Positions 14,833 to 22,494 of a stretch of DNA of 32,000 bases are shown one piece after another. The notes below the pieces were generated by a model. It saw nothing but the letters and a program-made list of their open reading frames with translations. It did not search any database and had not been told where the DNA came from. The position numbers and the translations under genes are program-made. The stretch is from Limnohabitans phage DC31, in sequence record PQ492658.1. The stretch is one strand, 5' to 3'. Position 1 is the first letter of the stretch, and each line of letters begins with the position of its first letter.

Positions 14833-15788
14833 AACATTCAGATAAAATCGTAGAACAAGTCGTGAGAATGACAGGTGCTGGTATCAGCAGTCGGCAAGTT
14901 GCACAAGAACTAGGTATCGGTAAATCTACTGTCAATGATATTTGGAATCGTTGGATTGCTAATCCTCATCCATTTCATGATCCAGACGAAGTAGCATTTA
15001 AGAAAACCGAAGGTCCAAAGATTCTAGTATTTGATACTGAAACAGCAGCAGCTACTGCACTTACATTTGGTCGATTTAAAGTTAACTTATCACAAGATAA
15101 CATCTTAGACAATGGTGGTTGGATTTTGTGTGCTTGCTGGCGCTGGTTAGGTAGTAATCAAACTCACAGTATTTACCTTACACAAGAAGAAGTACTAAAT
15201 AAAGATGATTCTAGGATTATTGCAAAACTGTTTGAATTGTATGAAGATGCAGATGCTGTACTTGCACACAACAGTTTAGGTTTCGATCACAAGGTTGTAC
15301 AAGCTAGAGCAATCTACAATGGTTTCCCTCCATTGCCACAAGTTAAAGTACTGGATACCCTACAACTGGTTAAGAAATACTTGAAGTTACCTAGCAATCG
15401 CTTGGATGCAATCGGTGAATTCTTCGGTCTAGGTCGCAAGGTTTCTACTGGTGGTATTTCACTGTGGCGCAAAGTACAAGAGGGTGATCCAGTTGCAATG
15501 GAACAGATGGTTACTTATTGCTTACAAGACGTTGATCTACTCTATGATGTTTATCTACGCACTCGTCAATTAGGTCGTGCAGGTTCCGATTTCAATGCAG
15601 CTTTGTATTACAATGATGACTTAGTTCGTTGTCGTGTATGCGGTAGCTCAGAAGTTGAAGCTACAGGTCGTACAATCGAAACAGCATTGAATGCCTTTGA
15701 TGAAGTACGATGCAAAGAATGCGGTGCTGTACATCGACACCGTACACCAAAAACTACAAAAGAAAAGCGTAAAAGCTTGCTGATGTAA
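14829..15788 (+). CDS. HTH-domain / DEDD (DnaQ-like) 3'-5' exonuclease / C-terminal zinc-ribbon fusion protein
   Basis: HTH AGISSRQVAQELGIGKSTVNDIW. Exo I VFDTETAA, Exo II HNSLGFDHKV, Exo III YCLQDVDLL. C-terminal CRVCGS..x..CKECG. Confidence 0.6.
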   Translation: MKHSDKIVEQVVRMTGAGISSRQVAQELGIGKSTVNDIWNRWIANPHPFHDPDEVAFKKTEGPKILVFDTETAAATALTFGRFKVNLSQDNILDNGGWILCACWRWLGSNQTHSIYLTQEEVLNKDDSRIIAKLFELYEDADAVLAHNSLGFDHKVVQARAIYNGFPPLPQVKVLDTLQLVKKYLKLPSNRLDAIGEFFGLGRKVSTGGISLWRKVQEGDPVAMEQMVTYCLQDVDLLYDVYLRTRQLGRAGSDFNAALYYNDDLVRCRVCGSSEVEATGRTIETALNAFDEVRCKECGAVHRHRTPKTTKEKRKSLLM

Positions 15789-15805
15789 GATACTTGTGCT
15801 ATACT
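15777..15805 (+). promoter_or_regulatory. sigma70-type promoter with extended -10
   Basis: TTGCTG (15777-15782), 17-nt spacer, TGcTATACT (15797-15805). Overlaps the 3' end of the preceding CDS. Confidence 0.5.
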
Positions 15806-15829
15806 GGCACTTGACAATTTGAGTTCACA

Positions 15830-15858
15830 CCCCGGTTAACAGCCGGGGATTTTTTCTT
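15830..15858 (+). terminator. rho-independent terminator-like hairpin
   Basis: CCCCGGT / GCCGGGG (15830-15836 / 15842-15848), loop TAACA, then ATTTTTTCTT. Confidence 0.75.
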
Positions 15859-15872
15859 AGTAAAGGAGCACT

Positions 15873-16376
15873 ATGGTATACGATTATAATATTTCAGATT
15901 TTCAATCTGACTGCTATTCATTCAATGAAATTGCAGGTAAGGATAAACTTGGTACGCTAAAAGATATTGAGTTTCAGTACAACTTAATCTTAGAAGAAAC
16001 CAAAGAGATTAAAGAAAAAGGTATTGATAAGAACAATGCTAAAGAAGTAGTAGATGGTGTAGTGGATGTAATGGTCACTGCATTGGGTTTGATGCAAAAG
16101 CTAGAAATTCTCGGTGTAGACATGAACAAAGCAATGCGAGATACTGCTTATAATAACTTGACTAAGTTTCCATCTAAAGAACTCACTGCTATTCAAACAG
16201 CACAAATGTACGAAGAAGATGGTATACAAGTTACTGTTGAATATGATTCTAATTATGAACTATTTGTAATTAAGAACTTTAAAGACAAGGTTATGAAACC
16301 GATTGGTTTTGAATCTAATGATCTTAGTGATTGCATCCCTGCAGATTTACTACAGAATGGTTTTAAGGAGGATTGA
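15873..16376 (+). CDS. MazG-like all-alpha NTP pyrophosphohydrolase
   Basis: LILEETKEIKE (ExxE) and EVVDGVVDVMVTALG (ExxD), with downstream ..AYNNLTKF. AAGGAG RBS. Confidence 0.55.
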   Translation: MVYDYNISDFQSDCYSFNEIAGKDKLGTLKDIEFQYNLILEETKEIKEKGIDKNNAKEVVDGVVDVMVTALGLMQKLEILGVDMNKAMRDTAYNNLTKFPSKELTAIQTAQMYEEDGIQVTVEYDSNYELFVIKNFKDKVMKPIGFESNDLSDCIPADLLQNGFKED

Positions 16377-16378
16377 AC

Positions 16379-16945
16379 ATGAATGTAAATGACATCATAG
16401 TTAATGGTAAAAAGTATACACCTGTATTAGATATTGATAGTGAGAAAGGTTGTACTTTATGTGCATTTCGCAACGATGGTGAAGGTTGCAGATTATCAAA
16501 TCTAATTGTGAATTGTTCTGATACCGATTCATACTTTGTACCTGCATCAACAGTAGATATGCGATCAAGCACCCAACAAATGAAAGATTGGCAACCTACA
16601 AGTACTGTTACGGTAACTGAAAAGCAACCTATTGGTACTAAATATGATCAAGATAAGTTACAATACAGTTTAATTCCACCTTACGCTCTGGAACAAGTTG
16701 CAAAAAATCTTACAGTTGGACTTAAGAAGTACAAAGAACGTAACAACTGGAAGAAAGTAGAAGGTGCTGAACAGCGATATCTAGATGCTCTTTATAGGCA
16801 TTTAGAGGCACACAGAAGAGGCGAACTGTATGATACTGATAGTAGTGTACCGGACATGCTTCACATGGCTGCTGTAGCTGTTAATGCAATGTTCTTGCTG
16901 GAATTCATGCTAGACCCCAATCTTAAAACAAAGGATAACAAATGA
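16379..16945 (+). CDS. protein with C-terminal dATP/dGTP diphosphohydrolase-type domain (DUF5664/PF18909-like) and Cys-containing N-terminal extension
   Basis: KYDQDKLQYSLIPPYALEQVAKNLTVGLKKYKERNNWKK...YLDALYRHLEAHRRGELYD.DS..P.MLHMAAVAVNAMFLLE. ATG at 16379 lies 7 nt after AAGGAGG; the track start at 16373 is a TTG only 1 nt after the SD. Confidence 0.6.
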   Translation: MNVNDIIVNGKKYTPVLDIDSEKGCTLCAFRNDGEGCRLSNLIVNCSDTDSYFVPASTVDMRSSTQQMKDWQPTSTVTVTEKQPIGTKYDQDKLQYSLIPPYALEQVAKNLTVGLKKYKERNNWKKVEGAEQRYLDALYRHLEAHRRGELYDTDSSVPDMLHMAAVAVNAMFLLEFMLDPNLKTKDNK

Positions 16946-17100
16946 TTTTTCTGCAGATAATTAGTGCAATAGTTCTAGTGTTTGTTGTAGTAGTTGTATA
17001 TACTGCTGCTCTAAAATTAATAAATGAACACCGTGAACTACACAATACAAAAGATTTATTGGATGATCAAGATAACCTTGATTTAACCGATAAGCAGTGA
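16942..17100 (+). CDS. small single-pass membrane protein (52 aa, below cutoff)
   Basis: Hand translation: MIFLQIISAIVLVFVVVVVYTAALKLINEHRELHNTKDLLDDQDNLDLTDKQ. ATGA overlap with the previous stop. AAGGA lies 6 nt upstream. Confidence 0.5.
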   Translation: MIFLQIISAIVLVFVVVVVYTAALKLINEHRELHNTKDLLDDQDNLDLTDKQ

Positions 17101-17106
17101 TATAAT
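17078..17106 (+). promoter_or_regulatory. sigma70-type promoter with extended -10, upstream of the RNR operon
   Basis: TTGATT (17078-17083), 17-nt spacer, TGaTATAAT (17098-17106). Confidence 0.65.
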
Positions 17107-17137
17107 AAGACTCTCGTTTATTCTGAAAGGCAGTACA

Positions 17138-17548
17138 ATGAATAAAAAACCAACACGACCTAACGCTATTGTAGCTTTATGTATTATTTCTGAATCTGAA
17201 ATCATTAGAGTTATGCCTAATTATTCAGCAGAGTTTGAATCTGAAGATGAAAAGTTTAAAGATTTCCTCTATTCATTGGGAATGAATGTAGATAGACCGT
17301 ACCAGCGACAAGATGGCTTGCAGCACAGAAACAGATTTAACGAAATTGTTGTATGCAGTCGTTGGGTAGGTGAAGAAAGATTAGATGAAGCTTGGATCAA
17401 AGGTGGTTACGCAAGTAGATCAGCTATTGATAAAGCTAGTGGAAGTAAATTAACAGAAGACATTTATCGTGCTAGATACGAAACTGAAGATGCACAGGCA
17501 TTGTTAGAATCTAGAGATAAATACGCAACAATAACAGAGGAAGACTAA
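17138..17548 (+). CDS. hypothetical protein (136 aa), first gene of the RNR operon
   Basis: ATG ORF. Its stop is immediately followed by the nrdB ATG. No motif recognised. Confidence 0.6.
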   Translation: MNKKPTRPNAIVALCIISESEIIRVMPNYSAEFESEDEKFKDFLYSLGMNVDRPYQRQDGLQHRNRFNEIVVCSRWVGEERLDEAWIKGGYASRSAIDKASGSKLTEDIYRARYETEDAQALLESRDKYATITEED

Positions 17549-18541
17549 ATGCTAGAAAAATACTTGTTACCTATCAACGAACGACAGGAACCAGTTGAGT
17601 TTGCAGATCAGCAGTTGAAAGTATTCTGGTTACCAGATGAAATTAAAGTAGAGAAAGATATTCAAGATGTACTAGTGAACTTTACACCTGCCGAAAAGCA
17701 TGCTGTGATCACTACATTGAAACTATTCAGTATCTACGAAACACACGCTGGTTCAGAGTATTGGGGTGGACGGTTTAAGAATATGTTTAATGGTGCAGAG
17801 TTTCATAGAATGGCTTCGGTCTTCTCTATGTTTGAACTAGCAGTTCATGCACCGTTTTACAATAAGATTAATCAGCTATTACATATTGATACACCTGAGT
17901 TTTATACATCGTATCTAAATGATCCTGTATTAAAACAACGTGTTGAGCATATCGGTGAAATCATTGATCACAAAGATGATTTGATTTCGTTAGCTGCTTT
18001 TTCAATGGTTGAAGGTGTGATTTTGTATAGTCAGTTTGCTTTCTTGAAGCACTATCAATCTCAAGGTAAGAACAAGCTAATGAATGTAGTACGTGGAATT
18101 AACTTTTCAGTACGTGACGAGAATTTACATTCTGCAGGTGGAGCATGGGCTTTTAAGTACAAGTTAGAACAACTAAAGAATACATTGTCACCTGAAGCAT
18201 TTGAGTTACACAAACTAGCGATTGAAGCACAAGTTCGGTTGGTTGCACAAAAGCTATATGAGCATGAATGCCAGATTATTGCCAAGTTATTTGAGCAAGG
18301 TGAAATCAAAGGTATTACTGCCCATCAACTTGAGAATTTCGTACAATCAAGAATTAACGAATGCTTGAAGCAATTGGGATTTGCAAAAGAGTACGATGTG
18401 AAGTACAATCCTATTTCTGAATGGTTCTACAAGGGTATCAATGATTACACCTTCAATGACTTCTTCAGTGGTATGGGTAATCAGTATCATCGCAGTTGGG
18501 ATAGTGCAGATTTTGTATGGAAAAAGGAAACCAATGAGTAA
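17549..18541 (+). CDS. nrdB: ribonucleotide reductase class I small (beta) subunit
   Basis: Ferritin-like di-metal motifs: MFELAVHAPFY, VEGVILYSQFAFL, SVRDENLHS (ExxH). Confidence 0.85.
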   Translation: MLEKYLLPINERQEPVEFADQQLKVFWLPDEIKVEKDIQDVLVNFTPAEKHAVITTLKLFSIYETHAGSEYWGGRFKNMFNGAEFHRMASVFSMFELAVHAPFYNKINQLLHIDTPEFYTSYLNDPVLKQRVEHIGEIIDHKDDLISLAAFSMVEGVILYSQFAFLKHYQSQGKNKLMNVVRGINFSVRDENLHSAGGAWAFKYKLEQLKNTLSPEAFELHKLAIEAQVRLVAQKLYEHECQIIAKLFEQGEIKGITAHQLENFVQSRINECLKQLGFAKEYDVKYNPISEWFYKGINDYTFNDFFSGMGNQYHRSWDSADFVWKKETNE

Positions 18542-20228
18542 TATTTATAAAGAACTAAGTGAAGAGCGCAAGAAACTACAGGAGCAAGATTTAGTTCCTC
18601 AGTGGTACACAACTGCAGGTTATCAGATGTTCAAAGAAAAATACGAGTATCAAACCGAAGGTCGTTCTGTACGTGGTCAATTTGAGAGGATAGCCCGTAC
18701 TGCAGCAAAACATGTTCCTATGCTAGACAATGCAGAAGCAGAGTTCTTTAAGCTGCTTTGGAACGGTTGGTTGTCTCCTAGCACCCCTGTACTAGCTAAC
18801 ATGGGAACAACCCGTGGAATGCCTGTTTCATGCTCAGGAACCATTGCTGATGATTCTGTAGATGGTTTCTATAGTAACTTGCATGAAGTTGCTATGTTAA
18901 CTAAATACGGTTTTGGTACAGCGACCGATCTAAGCAGTATTCGCCCTCGTGGTTCCAAGATCAGTGTAGGTGGTAAAGCTTCTGGTGTTCTACCTGTAAT
19001 TAAAGAACACGTTAATGCTATGCGTAATATCGCACAAGGTACTGCACGTAGAGGTGCGTGGGCTTTCTATCTAGATATTGAACACGGTGACTTCAACGAA
19101 ATCTCTGATCATATCTTAGCTGAACCTGACGATTTGAATGCAGGTTGGACCATTCGACAATCATTCATTGATCGCTTGGAAGCTGGTGACCGTGATGCTA
19201 TTGAACGCTTTCAAAAGGCAATGAAGATCAAAATGGTAACTGGTAAAGGTTATTTCTTCTTCATTGACAAAGCAAATGCTAAACGTCCAATTACTTATGT
19301 CAATCATGGACTGAAGATTAATAACTCACAGTTATGTTCTGAGATTATGTTATTCAACGATGCAGATCACACATACACTTGTGTACTATCTTCAATGAAT
19401 GCAGCTAAACGCAGAGAATGGAAAGGAACAGATGCACCTTATTGGGCAACTATCTTCTTGGATTGTGTAGCTTCTGAATTCATCGAACGAGCAGAAGGTA
19501 TTAGAGGTCTAGAGAAAGCTGTACGATTTACTAAAAAGAGCAGAGCTTTGGGATTAGGTCTATGTGGTATCCATACCTTGTTTATGCAGGAGATGCTACC
19601 GTTTGAAAGCTTTGAGGCACACAGGTTAAGTCAAGAGATTCAAGCTGATATTTGGGAACAAGCTCAAGACGCTACCAAAGAAATGGCATTAATCTTAGGT
19701 GAACCAGAGTGGTGTAAAGGTTATGGTATTCGTAATACGCACTTGATTGCTATTGCACCAACTAAATCCACTGCACTATTAATGGGTGGTGTATCAGAAG
19801 GTATCAATCCTGATCCAGCTATGAGTTATAATCAGATGACTTCTGCAGGTGAAATTGATCGTTTGAATCCTGTACTACTTGAGCTAATGAAAAAGAAAGG
19901 TGTTTACACCAAGAAACATGTTCAAGAGATTACAGATAAGCAAGGATCAGTACAGCATGTGGAGTGGTTGACTGATGATGAGAAGCAAGTATTTAAAACT
20001 GCTTTTGAAATCAACCAGAAAGCTGTGTTAAGATTAGCATCTGCACGTAGTCGATATATTGATCAATGGCAGTCACTGAATCTGTTCTTTGCAGCAGATG
20101 AAGACCCTGCTTGGATTGCTGAAGTTCACGCTGAAGCTTTCCGTGACCCTAATATCTTAGCGTTGTATTATATTTATACTCAAGCTGGTGTACAAGCCAG
20201 TAAAGGTGAATGTGAAGCTTGTCAATAA
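18534..20228 (+). CDS. nrdA: ribonucleotide reductase class I large (alpha) subunit, short form without recognisable ATP-cone
   Basis: Catalytic NSQLCSEI (N-x-x-C-x-E), SPSTPVLANMGT, C-terminal redox pair CEAC. ATG at 18534 overlaps the nrdB stop; the track start at 18441 lies inside nrdB. Confidence 0.85.
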   Translation: MSNIYKELSEERKKLQEQDLVPQWYTTAGYQMFKEKYEYQTEGRSVRGQFERIARTAAKHVPMLDNAEAEFFKLLWNGWLSPSTPVLANMGTTRGMPVSCSGTIADDSVDGFYSNLHEVAMLTKYGFGTATDLSSIRPRGSKISVGGKASGVLPVIKEHVNAMRNIAQGTARRGAWAFYLDIEHGDFNEISDHILAEPDDLNAGWTIRQSFIDRLEAGDRDAIERFQKAMKIKMVTGKGYFFFIDKANAKRPITYVNHGLKINNSQLCSEIMLFNDADHTYTCVLSSMNAAKRREWKGTDAPYWATIFLDCVASEFIERAEGIRGLEKAVRFTKKSRALGLGLCGIHTLFMQEMLPFESFEAHRLSQEIQADIWEQAQDATKEMALILGEPEWCKGYGIRNTHLIAIAPTKSTALLMGGVSEGINPDPAMSYNQMTSAGEIDRLNPVLLELMKKKGVYTKKHVQEITDKQGSVQHVEWLTDDEKQVFKTAFEINQKAVLRLASARSRYIDQWQSLNLFFAADEDPAWIAEVHAEAFRDPNILALYYIYTQAGVQASKGECEACQ

Positions 20229-20241
20229 ATGAAAGGAAAGT

Positions 20242-20484
20242 ATGAAAAAATTAGTAGTATTTAAAGCACATTGGTGTTCTCCATGTAAAATGCTTGGTAA
20301 AACAATTCAGGATACCGATCTAGGTATTCCAGTAGAAACAGTAGACATTGATGCTGACCCTACAGCTACAACTGATTTTGATATTCGTGGAGTACCTACA
20401 GTGCTTCTAATGGACGATAATCAAGTTGTAAAACGTAGGTCTGGTTATATGAACAGTGAACAACTAAAAGAGTTCTGTGCATAA
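20242..20484 (+). CDS. thioredoxin-like redoxin
   Basis: WCSPCK active site (thioredoxin WCGPCK type), 80 aa, immediately downstream of the RNR genes. Confidence 0.8.
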   Translation: MKKLVVFKAHWCSPCKMLGKTIQDTDLGIPVETVDIDADPTATTDFDIRGVPTVLLMDDNQVVKRRSGYMNSEQLKEFCA

Positions 20485-20495
20485 AGTACAGACGT

Positions 20496-20538
20496 AAAAA
20501 AGCCGGGAGTCCTGTAAAGGATATCCCGGTTTTATTTT
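20496..20538. terminator. bidirectional rho-independent terminator between the convergent modules
   Basis: AAAAAA, then CCGGGA(g)TCCT-GTAA-AGGA(ta)TCCCGG (20503-20529), then TTTTATTTT. Confidence 0.8.
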
Positions 20539-20539
20539 A

Positions 20540-20923
20540 TTATAAATATACTTTCTTATCTAACTCAAAGTGCGGTCCGTCAACGAATGACTTCCAATCA
20601 CCACCCCATACAATGGCAATATTCATTAGTTTAGCTACAGATTTAATATGCTCTGCTACAACTTTATATGCTTGAATATCCCAAGTGACTTTACCGTCTA
20701 CAATCACAGCAATGTCTAGTGCTTTACCTGTTAGATGCCTAGAATTCAATGTAGTGCTCTTTTTAGCCGCTACAAGCTCTTTTTGACGTTCCAAGGTACG
20801 AATCCCTTCAGTGATACTGAAATCGTAAGGAGAGTTGGTTATAGCCTCTCTAAACAGCTTTTGTAGGTCAGGGTGTACTGTAGATAGTCGTTCTAGACTT
20901 TTAGTTCCAAATTGAAATGTCAT
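20540..20923 (-). CDS. endolysin, M15-family (VanY / L-alanyl-D-glutamate peptidase type)
   Basis: Zn-ligand pattern SRHLTGKALDIAV ... WGGDW ... DGPHFEL, 127 aa. Confidence 0.85.
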   Translation of the reverse strand: MTFQFGTKSLERLSTVHPDLQKLFREAITNSPYDFSITEGIRTLERQKELVAAKKSTTLNSRHLTGKALDIAVIVDGKVTWDIQAYKVVAEHIKSVAKLMNIAIVWGGDWKSFVDGPHFELDKKVYL

Positions 20924-20935
20924 ATATTCTTTCTA

Positions 20936-21385
20936 TTATTTTACAGAGGATGTAGGCCATGATTCAGTCAATGTTCTGGTATCAAGGGCGTGACCATCAG
21001 CTTTTCTCGCCATTGTTTCAAGAGCAACTGTACACTCTCCGAATACGGCTGTAACGGTTGTGGCGTAGTCTCTAATGGAGGTGCAGGTAGAACCACTGAT
21101 GGAGGCACTATTACGGGCGTTGTAGTCCCGCACCCAATTAAGCTCAGACTGAGCAGCAGAGGCAGCAGCAGCGTTTTGTTGAGCTTTGACTTGTGCTTGT
21201 TGTAGTGCTGCATCTTTTTTCCTTTGTAGTTCTGTGGATTGATCTAAAACTTCTTGTGTAGCTGTAGCTAAAGCTTTAGAATGCTGTGCATGAATATCAC
21301 TGATGACAGAATCCATTCGCCAACCTTGTATTACAAAACCTGCAACAAAAGCAATAGCAGTTAAACCAGCAGTGATATAGTTCAT
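20936..21385 (-). CDS. i-spanin (Rz-like)
   Basis: N-terminal TM ITAGLTAIAFVAGFVIQGW followed by a coiled-coil periplasmic domain. Contains the embedded o-spanin ORF in the +1 frame. Confidence 0.8.
   Translation of the reverse strand: MNYITAGLTAIAFVAGFVIQGWRMDSVISDIHAQHSKALATATQEVLDQSTELQRKKDAALQQAQVKAQQNAAAASAAQSELNWVRDYNARNSASISGSTCTSIRDYATTVTAVFGECTVALETMARKADGHALDTRTLTESWPTSSVK
20968..21213 (-). CDS. o-spanin (Rz1-like lipoprotein), fully embedded in the i-spanin gene
   Basis: ATG start. Signal plus lipobox LLLPLLLSLSLIG|C (Cys28). The mature part is short and Pro-rich (PVIVPPSVVLPAPPLETTPQPLQP). Confidence 0.8.
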   Translation of the reverse strand: MQHYNKHKSKLNKTLLLPLLLSLSLIGCGTTTPVIVPPSVVLPAPPLETTPQPLQPYSESVQLLLKQWREKLMVTPLIPEH

Positions 21386-21386
21386 A

Positions 21387-21725
21387 TTATTCCTTATTTT
21401 CTTTATTCATGCTGCCACGAACATAAGCTGTAGCTGCCATGAATGCAACAACAATAGTACCCATTGCAGCAGAGAAGGTAGTTGCTAATCCCATAATAAG
21501 ATTGACTTTTTCTGCAGTAACAAAAGGCATTGTCATTAAGATAATTGTTGCAAATGGTAAGAACAAAGCAGCCCACGCCATTAATCTTTGTTGATCTGCA
21601 AGCTTATCCATGTTTTCAATCTGTAGCATTCTTTCGCTACGATTTAATTCTTCATCTGATACAGTACCATCACCGTTTATATCAAATTGGTTATATACTG
21701 AGTTTGTTTCTAGTTTCTTTGACAT
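21387..21725 (-). CDS. 2-TM membrane protein with N-terminal EF-hand loop (holin or antiholin candidate)
   Basis: ATG at 21725 lies 1 nt after the upstream stop with AAGGTG upstream; the track start at 21734 is GTG. DINGDGTVSDEE fits the canonical 12-residue EF-hand loop. TMs: LMAWAALFLPFATIILMTMPFV and LIMGLATTFSAAMGTIVVAFMAATAYV. Confidence 0.65.
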   Translation of the reverse strand: MSKKLETNSVYNQFDINGDGTVSDEELNRSERMLQIENMDKLADQQRLMAWAALFLPFATIILMTMPFVTAEKVNLIMGLATTFSAAMGTIVVAFMAATAYVRGSMNKENKE

Positions 21726-21726
21726 A

Positions 21727-22209
21727 TTAGACACCTTGCATTAATGAGTATGCTGCTGCGATTAATAAATAAAATATATATAATAGTATAACCAATAATG
21801 AATACATAAATATATTCTCTACTACTTGCTTCTTGTGCTCTCTTTGTAGTCTATCGGCTTTAATTCTTTCAGCAGCAATTCTTCTACGATCTTCCATCAT
21901 TTCTCTATATGCAGCTTCACCGTATTGCATCTTGATCATCATCATTAGCTCGTACTCTTGCTTTATAACGGCTCTACGTCTTACTACGTTATCTAATGCT
22001 TCTTGTTCAACAGAACCTTTGTCTAGTATCTTTTTAAATACAGAAGGTTCAGTCTCTTGTTCAGATGCTTGCTTTAAATCAGAAGCAGCAGTGAAGAACT
22101 TACCTAATGCACCAGAGATTTCGTGCATCTCTCTACCTACTTCTATCCCTTGCTTAACTGCATTATAAGCAGCAGTAGCTAATGCAAAGGCACTGACCGG
22201 ATCAATCAT
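21727..22209 (-). CDS. tail-anchored membrane protein of the lysis cassette (function unknown)
   Basis: Charged helical body with a single C-terminal TM IFMYSLLVILLYIFYLLIAAAYSL. ATG at 22209 overlaps the upstream TGA (TGATG). Confidence 0.6.
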   Translation of the reverse strand: MIDPVSAFALATAAYNAVKQGIEVGREMHEISGALGKFFTAASDLKQASEQETEPSVFKKILDKGSVEQEALDNVVRRRAVIKQEYELMMMIKMQYGEAAYREMMEDRRRIAAERIKADRLQREHKKQVVENIFMYSLLVILLYIFYLLIAAAYSLMQGV

Positions 22210-22436
22210 CACACACCTAGCATTAACTTAATGACGTTGGTTATTCCGATTGCTTGAGATAGTACAACTAATACAGCACCAATGGCTAAATACTTGATTT
22301 GATTCAAGGTGTTCTCTATACCTGTCAACGAATTACGTAAATCGGTAGAAATATCCTGAAGTTTCTTAAGTTCTTCAGCATGATCTTCTACTTTTAATTC
22401 TAATTTTATTACTCGGTGTTCAATTTGTTCGGGCAT
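22209..22436 (-). CDS. small coiled-coil protein with C-terminal TM (XhlA-like / holin-associated candidate)
   Basis: 75 aa. N-terminal heptad region VIKLELKVEDHAEELKKLQD and C-terminal TM YLAIGAVLVVLSQAIGI. First gene of the lysis cassette. Confidence 0.55.
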   Translation of the reverse strand: MPEQIEHRVIKLELKVEDHAEELKKLQDISTDLRNSLTGIENTLNQIKYLAIGAVLVVLSQAIGITNVIKLMLGV

Positions 22437-22464
22437 GCTTACTTACTCTTTCAACTTTAGATAT

Positions 22465-22494
22465 AAATGAAAATAGGCCACCCGAAGGTGACCT
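22465..22494 (-). terminator. rho-independent terminator-like hairpin (minus strand)
   Basis: Minus-strand AGGTCACC-TTCG-GGTGGCCT (one internal mismatch) followed by ATTTTCATTT. Confidence 0.6.

Noticed and set aside
15873-16945. Z-genome (2-aminoadenine) pathway, suggested by the MazZ-like dATP/dGTP diphosphohydrolase-type domain
   Set aside because: No PurZ (adenylosuccinate-synthetase-like) or DatZ (HD dATPase) gene is present in this window. The polymerase does not look like the PolA-type DpoZ. The domain also occurs widely outside Z-genome phages.
18441-18533. Long upstream start for the RNR alpha subunit (track start 18441)
   Set aside because: It lies inside nrdB and adds a hydrophobic non-homologous extension. 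The ATG at 18534 overlaps the nrdB stop in the coupling pattern seen throughout this genome.
20990-22168. + strand ORFs 20990..21205, 21545..21730 and 21833..22168 within the lysis cassette
   Set aside because: They are antisense to the minus-strand lysis genes. The only overlapping ORF accepted here is the minus-strand +1-frame o-spanin, which has a lipobox.
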